Shown here: positions 9,990 to 20,106 of the stretch, in pieces
Position numbering within the stretch: the stretch's first letter is position 1
How the letters are laid out: each line of letters opens with the position of its first letter
Assembly (NCBI GenBank): GCA_043813875.1
Contig: JBDRKP010000079.1
Coordinates: 1-26,494, forward strand
Reading direction: 5' to 3'
Length of the DNA: 26,494 nucleotides
From: an archaeon
Lineage (GTDB): Archaea > EX4484-52 > B79-G9
The notes under the pieces: generated by a model
Told to the model about the DNA's origin: nothing
Database searches by the model: none
The model's input: only the letters and a program-made list of their open reading frames with translations
Translations under genes and position numbers: made by a program

Positions 9990-10306
9990 TGGCGCAGGAG
10001 GTGACCAACTTCAGTCATCGAGCAGGACACGAAGCCCACGTCGACCTTATGATGGTGGCGCAATAAGTAACAGCTTCGCATCTACCACGACGCGCACGCG
10101 ATTCCTGCTGGCGCAATAAGCAACCTTGATCAGGGACTATAAAAATCACAATATCCGGTAGTATGAAGACGTAATAAGCAACCATCGGCTGAATAGCATC
10201 ATGACGTTCATCGGAAAGGTGATATGAGGCGAACTGGCGCTGGATGCGCAAGAGGTAAATTCCGCCGGATGTTAGGAAAAGGTCTTATGATGGCGTTATA
10301 AACGCG
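9990..10306. repeat. Degenerate interspaced direct repeats, consensus about (TATGA)TGGCGCAATAAGYAAC
   Basis: Best copies: 10056 TGGCGCAATAAGTAAC, 10109 TGGCGCAATAAGCAAC, 10167 AGACGTAATAAGCAAC. Weaker copies at 9990, 10244 and 10291. The intervening sequences are unrelated. Confidence 0.5.
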
Positions 10307-10505
10307 TTATATACACTGCACGATAATGACGCATCAGCGCCCGAAAATTCAATTGATGGAATCTTTATATAAGTTGTAATTCTAATTTTTGATTAGCATT
10401 TTGTTAGTTAGTTAATTATTAATATCCAGATAAATCGGGACATGTGAGATAAAATCCGTATTGAAATTAAAAATATTAACCCTAAGCTGAAATAAGTGGT
10501 CTAAT

Positions 10506-11261
10506 ATGAGTGAAATAACAAAAAAGAGACTGATAATTGAAGGAGAGAAAGTCCATGATGTTGGCTATAGATTGTTTCTCATGGATTTGGCAGATGACTT
10601 TCTGATTCCTTATTTTAGTGCAAAAAACAAGATAAATGACGGAAAGCAACAGGTAGTAGTGCTTATAGGTGGCGAAAAACAGGAAATTGAAAATTTTATT
10701 GCTTCAGCAAGAAAAGAATACCCTCCAAATGCGAAGGTTGATGATGCCTTTGTATCTGATTATGACGGGAAGATAAGGTCTATTGAATCCTTTTCAAGAA
10801 GTTTTTCGACATCGCAATTGTCAAAAATAGCAAACGCAGGAGTTCATATGCTTGGCAAGCAGGATCAGACAATTAAAGAGATAAGTAATCTTGGTTTGAA
10901 GCAGGACAAGACGCTGGATAATCAGGATAAATCTATCACCCTGCAAAAGCATGCGGCTGAGAAACTGGATGATATTCACAAGGATCTGTCTGAAAAACAG
11001 GATAAGACTATAGAAATACTTGCTGAAACAAAAAAGGACCTATCAGGTAAACTGGGCAATATCCACAATGATCTGTCTGTCAATCTGAAATCATTTCATC
11101 AGGACACAATCAGCAGATTTGATATAGTCGATAAAAAATATGGAATGATTGCACAAAACATGGAGAAAATCTTCAGGGAAATGAAAGAGGAAAGAATCGA
11201 AACAAGAAAGACGATGAAGGAGCTTATTGGCGCTGTTTTGAAAGTCGCTGAGAAGAAATAG
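10506..11261 (+). CDS. Acylphosphatase-like domain fused to a repetitive coiled-coil tail
   Basis: GEKVHDVGYR resembles the acylphosphatase GxVQGVGFR loop, a conserved Asn follows (FSAKN), and the tail has KQDQTI/KQDKTL/NQDKSI/KQDKTI repeats. Confidence 0.85.
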   Translation: MSEITKKRLIIEGEKVHDVGYRLFLMDLADDFLIPYFSAKNKINDGKQQVVVLIGGEKQEIENFIASARKEYPPNAKVDDAFVSDYDGKIRSIESFSRSFSTSQLSKIANAGVHMLGKQDQTIKEISNLGLKQDKTLDNQDKSITLQKHAAEKLDDIHKDLSEKQDKTIEILAETKKDLSGKLGNIHNDLSVNLKSFHQDTISRFDIVDKKYGMIAQNMEKIFREMKEERIETRKTMKELIGAVLKVAEKK

Positions 11262-11324
11262 CTCTTTATTGTCTTGTTCATGTTAATGTTAAGAGCGAAA
11301 ATACGTCATTAGAGGGGTTGTATA

Positions 11325-11803
11325 GTGATCGTGTCGAAAGTAACGCGGGAAGTAAATCAATTTATGCTGGTAGCCTTGCTCATGATCATATTTTCCGGTT
11401 CAGTAAATGCGTTTTCATTTCTGAATTGTTTTCATTCTCATTTTTCGGCGTTTCTTCTTCTGTCTCTGAGGATAATCCGGCGCACCACACCGTTTATCTC
11501 GTAACTCCTTTGAATAATTCCTACACGAGCCAGACGAACGATACTTTGCAGTTTGTGTATAATCATACAGGCTCGCTTGCGGGTGTTGTGAACTGCACTT
11601 TGCTTATCGACGATGTTGCGGTGAATTACACGGAAAACGTTGCGGCGGATACGAACACTGCCGTTCTTTCGAACCAGACGATTTCCGAATCACAGCATAG
11701 CTGGTGGGTGAATTGCACGAACGGGACTGATACTGAATCGTCCGTTGATATTTGATGGAATTTTACGTTCAGGAAGTATATAAGAATGGAACGCGTAACT
11801 TGA
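11325..11803 (+). pseudogene. Disrupted 5' fragment of an Ig-like surface protein gene
   Basis: A GAGGGG RBS precedes GTG 11325, which encodes a signal peptide (MIVSKVTREVNQFMLVALLMIIFSGSVNA/FSF). A frameshift in the T-runs at ~11412-11421 leads into the frame encoding an Ig-like domain (VYLVTPLNNS...VNCTLLID...SWWVNCT). An in-frame TGA at 11753 is followed by WNFT. Confidence 0.7.
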
Positions 11804-11816
11804 ATAGGTGGCAATT

Positions 11817-13202
11817 GTGGCTGATGAAGGAATAATAAAAACAATAAGGAAAGGCGAATCAGAAGTCATAGAACTCAAAAAGTCCACTGCACAGATGGAG
11901 AGAGCCTTGAAATCGACGTGCGCATTTCTGAATCATAAAGGCGGAACGATTTATTTTGGCGTATCTGACGGCGACGGAAAAATAGTCGGGCAGGAAGTTT
12001 CTGATTCTACATTAAAATCAATCTCGCAGAAAATCAGGCAGAGGATAAAACCTGAGATATCACCGGAAATCAAGGTTTTGGAGCTTGAAGGAAAGAATGA
12101 TATCGAGGTCAAAATAAAGGAAGGGAACAATAAGCTGTATTATCTGGACGGAATCGCCTACAAACGGGCAGGAACAGAGAATCCAGTAATTTCTCCTGAT
12201 GAAATTGAAAAGATAATTCTTGAGAAGAAGAAAAAATATTGGGATTCTGATATCTGCGAAGGGGCAACGCTGGCAGATATTGATGCAGAAAAAGTGAAAT
12301 GGTTTTTGAATGAGGCCAAAAAAGAAAGAGGTTTGGACATATCAGAAAGCAGTTCTATAAAAGATGCCCTGCTAAAGCTAAAGCTCACACATGTCGGAAA
12401 TTTAACAAATGCAGCTATTCTTTTATTCGGGAAAAAACCGCAGGACTTCTTCTTTTCAGCAGAAGTAAAATGCATCCGTTTTAAGGGGAAAAATGTTACT
12501 GAACCCATGATTGATATGAAGATTATTTCGGGCAATATAATCGATCATGTTACGGAAATAGAAAAATTCATTTTTGACCATATCCGGCTGGAATCATGGA
12601 TAGAGGAAAGGAAAATTCAAAGGCAAGAAAAATGGGAGTATCCGCCAAAGGCAATCAGGGAAGCCATAGTAAATGCGGTCTGCCATAGGGATTACACCTC
12701 TCAAAGCAATGCGCAGATAAGAGTTTTTGATGACAGGATGGAATTCTGGAATCCTGGAAGCCTTCCTATCGGATGGACTGTTGAGAACCTGAAGCATGAA
12801 CATGAATCCAAGCCGTTCAATCCTCTAATAGCAAAACAGTTTTTCTGGATAAAATACATAGAGGATGTAGGTTCTGGAACAAACAAGATCCTGAATTTGT
12901 GCAAAAGCTGGGGCTTTCCGGAGCCTGTTTTTGAGTTTACGGGCACAAGCATAGTTGTTAATATCAGAAAGCCGTTGGCGAAAGAAGAATTACTGAAGCT
13001 TGGATTAAACGAGAGGCAGATTAAGGCTATCGAATATGCAGAAAAAAGCGGTTTAATAACTAACAGGCATTACCAGGAGCTAAATAATGTTTCAAAGTGG
13101 ACTGCAATAAGGGACTTGGCTGATTTGGTTGAAAAAGGCGTTTTTATCGCCAGTGGAAAGGGTAGAGAACTAAAATACCTGTTGGTGCAAAATGCACCGT
13201 AA
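11817..13202 (+). CDS. Schlafen/AlbA_2 domain, HATPase_c_4 (RecG-C-like) domain and C-terminal winged HTH
   Basis: GESEVIELKKS (ExxxxExK), AFLNHKGGTIYFGVSD, REAIVNAVCHRDY, EFWNPG, IEDVGSG, TAIRDLADLVEKG. An AGGTG RBS favours GTG 11817, and a TATA-like GTATATAAG lies at ~11776. Confidence 0.9.
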   Translation: MADEGIIKTIRKGESEVIELKKSTAQMERALKSTCAFLNHKGGTIYFGVSDGDGKIVGQEVSDSTLKSISQKIRQRIKPEISPEIKVLELEGKNDIEVKIKEGNNKLYYLDGIAYKRAGTENPVISPDEIEKIILEKKKKYWDSDICEGATLADIDAEKVKWFLNEAKKERGLDISESSSIKDALLKLKLTHVGNLTNAAILLFGKKPQDFFFSAEVKCIRFKGKNVTEPMIDMKIISGNIIDHVTEIEKFIFDHIRLESWIEERKIQRQEKWEYPPKAIREAIVNAVCHRDYTSQSNAQIRVFDDRMEFWNPGSLPIGWTVENLKHEHESKPFNPLIAKQFFWIKYIEDVGSGTNKILNLCKSWGFPEPVFEFTGTSIVVNIRKPLAKEELLKLGLNERQIKAIEYAEKSGLITNRHYQELNNVSKWTAIRDLADLVEKGVFIASGKGRELKYLLVQNAP

Positions 13203-13222
13203 ATGCACCGAAAAATGCACCG
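13184..13222 (+). repeat. Three tandem AAATGCACCG copies plus an inverted half-copy spanning the stop codon
   Basis: Copies at 13190, 13201 and 13213. GGTGCA-aaa-TGCACC palindrome at 13184-13198. Confidence 0.85.
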
Positions 13223-13353
13223 AAGAAAAATATCGTAGGCTTCAGAAAAAGGGGCATCATGGAAGAAGTGGAAAAGGCACGAATGATTATCATGCGCTCA
13301 AATAATGCAACGCATTAATGAAACGAAAATGAAATGAACCTGAAACGAATGAG

Positions 13354-16300
13354 ATGATTAGTATGAAAAAATCACAGACAAAAGTACAGTTTTCCGCGCT
13401 TGGTTTAGCTTTAGTGCTCTTTATTTCTCTTGCGTATTTTGCATTCGCTCTTCCCATAGTTACGTTTCAGCCGCCGACGCTTTCGGACAACGCCACAACC
13501 GGCGCGAACTGGGTTTTTATCAATGTGACTTCTTCCGAGCCGCTGAACCAGTCGCTTCTGGAGTGGGGCAACGCGAGCGGATTCACAAACGTTTCTATGT
13601 CAAACTCCTCGATGACCAACTGGTACAGGAACATGACCGGCTTGGCGGACGGCGCGTACAATTATACCGTGTGGGCGCAGAATACAACTGGCGCCTGGAA
13701 CCAGACAGGGAGGAGCTTTGTCACTGTAGACATTACAGCACCGACTTTAGTCAATGCAACAGTTGATAAGACAACCGTGAATGTTGGTGAGGATGTAACC
13801 TTTACAGCGTATTGGTCAGATCCAGAAGACACAGTTAAATTATTGATAGCAAACAATACTGCTTTCACAAGTTGTAATTATACAAATACAAGCGGCTGTC
13901 TTTGTTCTTCCGGAGCGGATACGACAAGCCCTTTAAATTGTTCTTATAAGGCGCAATCTTCTGATGTGACGGTGACTTGGCTTGCCAGGGTTTGTGATGT
14001 TGGGGGTTTATGCTCTGAGCTTTGTGAGGGAGGGGGGTGTTTTCTGAAAATGTATAATTTCACGGATACGGTGAATAATACTGCATGGAATAATACACTA
14101 TATGAGCCAGGTGATCCTCCTGATTATGATTCCGGGACAGAGTTTTCAGGTGGTGCTTACACTAACATAACCTCATCCGAAAATTCTTATGCGTATAACA
14201 ACTATGCCGGAAGTGCAGGCGGCGGATATGTTTCACATAACTTCAGGTTTCACATAAACGAGTCTGTTTCATCAATAGCCAGACTTAACATAAGCTGGGA
14301 AGGATATGCCGCCCAATTGGATAACACAAATGGTTTTAAGAAAACCCAAATTAGAAATCAGACCGGCGGAGATATTGATATAACAGATATCACAACTTCA
14401 GATACAACACATATGAAGGAAGTCAACAGCAGTATAGGTGATTACATAAATTCAATAACAGGAGACATTTCAATAAGGGCAGCAGTTTATGATGATGGTC
14501 CAACTTATGATGCAAAGATATATACGGATTTCATTCAGGTAATCGTGTTTACTGGTGAAAACTTTTCAGTGAATCATGCACCAGCAGTTCAAACACCTCA
14601 CGCCTACGACAACCCCGCCCTAACAGCGAAAATAATCTTTATAAGAAACGATGGGATGTTCATCAATGTTTCTGTAACCGATGCAGAGGGAGCAAGTGAT
14701 ATAGATGCTGTTTTAATAACGATTCTAAACACAACCGGGGGAGTTATTATTGATAATGCCACGATGATTCAGGATGGTTCTATCACGGAGGGTTATGTCT
14801 ATAATTATTCCTGGACTGTGCCGGATGATGCCGGCCTCGGAACCTGGACTATCACTGTTTATGCCAACGACAGCCAGAATGCTTGGGGAGGCAATACAAC
14901 TACTTTCGAGGTAGACACCCCCCCGCCCCACCTTAACCTGATCCAGTGCGAGGTGAACGCAAGCGATAACTGGATAGAATGCGGTAATATACTTTATGGT
15001 TCTACTCTCCTGGGTGTAAGGGTGAACTGCACAGGTATAAGCCAGATAACAAATGCGACATTCAGATTAGAGAATCTTCCCGATTCCAATATATTCTTCA
15101 ATGTAACAAATGCAACCTCTGTTTCAGGGGATTGGTGGATCCACGATAATGACGATATAACAATCCAGGATTCCGGTGACTGGAACCTGAGTGCTTCCTG
15201 TATCGATCAACGCTCAAATCAGAACAGCAGTTCCGTGAACTGGTCTGTTCCCTGGGGTCATCTGGAACCCTACCTGATAGATCCTGTATCAGATAAATCT
15301 GTTGCCAGAGACCGGTTCTTCACCTTCCAGAGCGGTGTCAGATGCGTCGGCGGAGAGTGCGGTGACGTTAATGTTACGTTGGATCCTGAAGAAAGTAAAG
15401 TTTACCAAATCCTCGTATCCCATTGGGGTTCAGATGACTGGGGGGGTGAATTAACCCTAGCATTAAATCAGACGGGTATCAATTATAATCTATCATGGTA
15501 TGATAATGGGGTGGACGATTTCACTCCTATCACACCCTCTGATTACGATCTAATTATTTTCCAGGATCCGGACACTGATGGAGGTATCACTCAGGCTGAA
15601 TTAGAGAACGCAATTGCCACAACAAATACAATGTTTGTGTTTTGGTCACTGTAGTACATATATGTTGATAGCTTCTTATTAGAGAATACAACATCATTTG
15701 ATGAGTACGACAATACCGACTTTACGCAAATATACAAAGAGAGTAACCATTACATTACCCAAAACCTTCCAGCCGGTTGGACTACTTTTAATGACACAGA
15801 CGGTAGTTACTGGGGCACCTTCTTTACGAGCGCTTCTGATTTTACACCGTTAGTAACCAATACAAATATTAGTTATCATGAGTTCATTAGCATAAGAGAC
15901 GGTGATAAGAGGACAAGCTTGTTTGGTGGTAACATTGCTTATGATAATATCGAACCGGATACAGTTGGTTGGGATTTATGGAAAAGAACCCTTTTGTGGA
16001 CAATTCATGCCAATCTAAAAATCAACTCCATAACAACTAATCCAGGTATAGTTGGTGTTAACTCTAATGTGATATGCCAGGCAAACGTTACAGATAATAA
16101 TGTCTCTGTTAACTTCACGATAACCGATTCTGAGGGCAATAAAATAATCGATAACGTGAATGGAACCCAGTCAGGGGATATCTGGAGTTCTCCCTCTTTC
16201 ACAGTGGATAGGGCGGGAACATGGTACTGTAATGTTATTGCTTCAAATAATCTCGCAAGCACCATAAGTGATTTTATCACCTTTGTCCCGGGAGACAAAA

Positions 16301-17592
16301 GTGGGGCGGTTTCAACAGTTGTGGGGGCAACACCGTTCTACACGACCTCGAATAATCCGCAAACCTGTTCCGGTATGAAACTGGGGGATATATGTGAAAA
16401 AACATGGACTGTGAATGCAACCGGAGATGCGGAAACAATCTGGATGTTCTATACAATATTCAATCCAACTACATATTCCTCATATATTCAGGGCAACCAG
16501 ACAGAGATTGTTAATATCACTATTAGTCTTGATACAACCCCGCCATCTGTTTCCCTATCTTTATCAACATCCTCCATCTACGCAGGCTATTCTGTAACAA
16601 TCTCCTGCTCGGCTTCTGATTCATATCTTTCATCAACATCCCTGTCAGTAACAAAGCCATCAGGCTTGCAGGCATCGGCAACATGCGGGCAAGCATTTTC
16701 AGACACATCAGCAAGAGGAACATACACAGTAACTTATTCGGCAACAGACACTTCTGGTAATTCAGCATCAGCATCACAGGCATTTACCGTCAGTCTGGTA
16801 GGTGGGGGCGGAGGGATTGTTTTACCACCAGTAGTTCATGAATGCGAGACAGACGCCAACTGCACATCCGTCCAGGTATGCAGGAACTACAAATGCATCG
16901 AGTTAGTATGCAATTCCTGCGAATACATAAAAGACCGCCAGTGCACAAAATACGAATGCTGCTCTGATGCTGAATGCAAGACAGGCGAAATATGCAGGGA
17001 AAATAAATGCATAAAAGAAGAAAAGCCCGCCATTCCAGACACAGAAAAAGAAGAAGCAGAAAAAGCGATCAGTGAAGCAAAGAGCATCATCCTGAAATAC
17101 ATCACGCAAAAAGACACAAAAGAGGCAGAAGGCATCCTGAAAGAAGCAGAATCCGCCTTCGCAAAAGAAAACTACGGAGAGGCAAAAGAGATCGCTCTTA
17201 AAGCAAAGCTTTTGGTAGAAAACGCCCCACTACTGCCCGAAAAAGAAACCCCGAAAGAGGGCACAAACTGGTCTAAGGGCGCGGCAATACTCATCCTCTT
17301 AATCCTTCTTGTTATTGCATACCTCAAAAGAGACATGATAAAGATCCTCCTGGCCGGACAATTACAAAACCAGCATAAGATAATGGAACTGGAGGACTAT
17401 CTGGATCAGGTGCGTTCAATCATAGCGAATCTTAAAAACAAGGACTATGATGCGAAACTTCTTGAGATAGAAGCACAGAAAGACGACGCAAAAAAAATGG
17501 TAAAAGAGAATAACCCCCTTGCAAGAGAACAGATAGAGATGGTTATCGATAATCTGGTCGAACTCAAGAAAGAGATTGAAGGGCAAAAATGA
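13354..17592 (+). CDS. Giant membrane-anchored surface glycoprotein (~1412 codons) with one in-frame TAG at 15652-15654
   Basis: Track ORFs 13354-15654 and 15919-17592 share a frame, and 15655-15918 has no stop. Signal peptide, many N-x-S/T sequons, Ig-like modules, GGGGG linker, Cys-rich repeats, helical stalk, TM helix GAAILILLILLVIAYL and a coiled-coil tail. Confidence 0.8.
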
Positions 17593-17760
17593 TTTTATCA
17601 CTCTAAAAAAAAGCCTTTATTTACATGGCAGCATCGATATCAATAGCCAGTTGTAGAAAATCAATGCTGGTTTCTTTTGTCAGTTCTGATAATTCTGATA
17701 TCAATAGCATATATAATGATGTTGTTCATAATTTTAAATATCTATTCAATGAACCTATAA

Positions 17761-19365
17761 ATGATGACATCTGGTGCCGGAGCAGAGACAATGATGACAG
17801 AAAAAGAGAAGATAAAGCTGATTTCAAGACAGATTATAGAGCGCATAGTGGCAGGAGAGATAACGACCATGCGGAAGCTTGATTATGAGAAGCGGATGCA
17901 GTCGAAAAAATATAATCTTGTGCGCATGCTGAAGAATTCAGAGATACTCTTCTTTGCCAGGAAGGCGGAGAAGGAGAAGGTGCGCCTTCTGATCAAGAAG
18001 CCGGTGAGATCCATTTCAGGTATCTCTGTCGTTGCTGTGATGGCAAAGCCGACCCCGTGCCCGGGGAAATGTATCTATTGCGCACAGGGCGAGAATTCGC
18101 CGAAATCGTATACGGGCCTTGAGCCGGCAGCAAGGCGCGCGAGGATGTTTGATTATGATCCTTACCGCCAGACAGAGAACCGTATCAGACAACTGGATGC
18201 TATCGGCCATTCGATTGAGAAAATCGAGCTGATCATCATGGGCGGAACATTTCTTTCTTGCGACAGGGATTATCAGGAGTGGTTTGCAAAGAGGTGCTTT
18301 GATGCGCTAAACGGCAGGGATTCACTGTCGCTTTCAGAGGCCCAGAAGGTGAATGAGACTGCCCGCTCGCGCTGCGTAGGTTTGACAATCGAGACGCGGC
18401 CAGATTATTGCAGGCCGAAGCATATAGACTGGATGCTTAGGCTAGGGGCCACGCGTGTTGAGCTTGGGGTGCAGACGCTTTCGGATGAAGTGTATAGAAA
18501 GATCAACCGCGGTCATACTGTGAAAGATGTCGTGGATGTGACCAGGGCGCTCAAGGATTCGGCTTTCAAGGTAGTCTACCACATGATGCCCGGGCTTTTC
18601 CAGGATGATGATGAAGACATCCGCATGTTTGATGATCTCTTTTCAGATTCCCGCTTCAGGCCCGATATGCTCAAAATCTATCCTGTGCTTGTGATTGAGG
18701 GTACAGGGCTATATGACCTTTATCGCAGGGGTGAGTATAGGCCGCTTACAAATGATACTGCCAAGGTGCTTATCGCGAAGATGATGCAGAACGTGCCGCC
18801 TTATGTCCGGATCATGCGCTGCCAGAGGGATATACCGATGGAGAAGATAGTCGCCGGACCGACTGCCGGTAACCTGCGCGAGATGGCGGAAGATGTGCTG
18901 CACAAGAGCGGGAAAGAGTGCGGATGCATACGATGCCACGAGGCGGGACATCTGTTCTATAAGAAGGGGATTATCCCGGGAAAGGTAAAGATCAATGTCC
19001 TTAAGTATGAGGCATCGGGAGGACTGGAGTTTTTTATCAGTCTTGAGGATAAGAGGCAGAAAGTCATTGTCGGATTTTTGAGGCTTCGTATGCCCTCTTC
19101 AGCTGCCCACAGGAAGGAGATTGATGACAAGACTGCGCTCATACGTGAGCTCAAGGTCTTCGGTACGGCGCTTGATATCGGCGGTAATCTCTCTGATTCT
19201 TTCCAGCACAAGGGCAGAGGTAAGCGTCTGATGTATGAGGCGGAAAGGATTGCCAGGGATGTAGGGGCTATCAAAGTTCTTGTGATCTCTGCAATCGGCA
19301 CCAAAGAGTATTACAGGAAGCTTGGATATGTTGACGATGGGCCTTATCTTTCCAAGAAAATCTAA
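17761..19365 (+). CDS. elp3: Elp3 radical SAM/GNAT tRNA U34 carboxymethyltransferase
   Basis: KKPVRSISG, CPGKCIYC, PKSYTGLEPAARRA, MGGTF, ETRPD, VELGVQ, DMLKIYP, FQHKGRGKRL, YYRKLGY. The start is uncertain (17761 or 17791/17794). Confidence 0.96.
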   Translation: MMTSGAGAETMMTEKEKIKLISRQIIERIVAGEITTMRKLDYEKRMQSKKYNLVRMLKNSEILFFARKAEKEKVRLLIKKPVRSISGISVVAVMAKPTPCPGKCIYCAQGENSPKSYTGLEPAARRARMFDYDPYRQTENRIRQLDAIGHSIEKIELIIMGGTFLSCDRDYQEWFAKRCFDALNGRDSLSLSEAQKVNETARSRCVGLTIETRPDYCRPKHIDWMLRLGATRVELGVQTLSDEVYRKINRGHTVKDVVDVTRALKDSAFKVVYHMMPGLFQDDDEDIRMFDDLFSDSRFRPDMLKIYPVLVIEGTGLYDLYRRGEYRPLTNDTAKVLIAKMMQNVPPYVRIMRCQRDIPMEKIVAGPTAGNLREMAEDVLHKSGKECGCIRCHEAGHLFYKKGIIPGKVKINVLKYEASGGLEFFISLEDKRQKVIVGFLRLRMPSSAAHRKEIDDKTALIRELKVFGTALDIGGNLSDSFQHKGRGKRLMYEAERIARDVGAIKVLVISAIGTKEYYRKLGYVDDGPYLSKKI

Positions 19366-19521
19366 GTCATGTTTAACTTTAATGAATCTATATATATTGT
19401 CTGTGAATTACGAAAATATAATCACTATTTAATAGGTGGCTTTTTGTCACAATTTTTATATCATGATTGCGGCAGTCATTGCCATATTATACCTGAAATC
19501 GGAATTTGTCGGGCGCATATC

Positions 19522-20097
19522 TCACGTGATCAGTTTCTTTGCTACGCCTGCCACATGCCTTCCAAGATTCTTTGCTGTCTCAAGCCCGAATTCGTCTGAT
19601 TCTATGGCGCCCGGCGGTCCTGCATGGCCTGTGCCTCCGTAGTGGGCGGTCTTCTCGTCTGAGACCACTATCATCTCCTGTATGAGAAAGAAGTTATGTA
19701 TCTGCTGGATCGTCGTCTCCTGGCCGCCGTTTCGGGTCGCTCCGACCGCTATCGCGCCGCCGACCTTGTCTTTTAGGGCGCCCCGTCTTCTCAACGCTCT
19801 TGTCCTGTCCATGAATGCTTTCAATTGAGCGCTCGTACCTCCGAAGTAGACAGGGGATGCGAAGATGATGCCGTCTGCGGACTCCAACGCTTTCTCTGCT
19901 TCCCTGAAGTCATCTTTTATTATGCATTCGCCTGTCTTTTTGCATGCATCGCATGCCTTGCAGGGGGCGATCTTCATCCTGCCTATGTGGACCAGTTCTG
20001 TTTCTGCGCCCATGGATTCTGCTTCTTTCAGAGCGATTTCAGTCAGTTTTTTTGTGTTGCCGTCTCTTGGAGAGCCGACGAAGCCGATTATTTTCAT
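19522..20097 (-). CDS. Iron-sulfur flavoprotein (Isf)/flavodoxin-fold NAD(P)H-dependent FMN reductase family
   Basis: GSPRDGNT, CKACDACKKTGEC (CX2CX2CX5C), ASPVYFG, RNGGQE. ATG 20097 is preceded by a GGTGA RBS that overlaps the eno stop. Confidence 0.92.
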   Translation of the reverse strand: MKIIGFVGSPRDGNTKKLTEIALKEAESMGAETELVHIGRMKIAPCKACDACKKTGECIIKDDFREAEKALESADGIIFASPVYFGGTSAQLKAFMDRTRALRRRGALKDKVGGAIAVGATRNGGQETTIQQIHNFFLIQEMIVVSDEKTAHYGGTGHAGPPGAIESDEFGLETAKNLGRHVAGVAKKLIT

Positions 20098-20106
20098 GGT
20101 TTTCAC

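Noticed and set aside
9620..10251. Short ORFs 9620-9877, 9716-10081, 9748-10008, 9759-9953 and 10015-10251
   Set aside because: They overlap each other, have atypical composition and show no recognisable motifs or RBS.
9990..10306. Calling the repeats a bona fide CRISPR array
   Set aside because: Only three good copies, a short degenerate repeat, irregular spacing and no cas genes, so it is kept only as a candidate finding.
9700..10400. RNase P RNA, SRP RNA, tRNA or DGR template repeat
   Set aside because: I found no GAGGAAAGUCC-type, SRP helix-8 or T-loop signatures, no adenine-variant copy in any gene, and no reverse transcriptase in the window.
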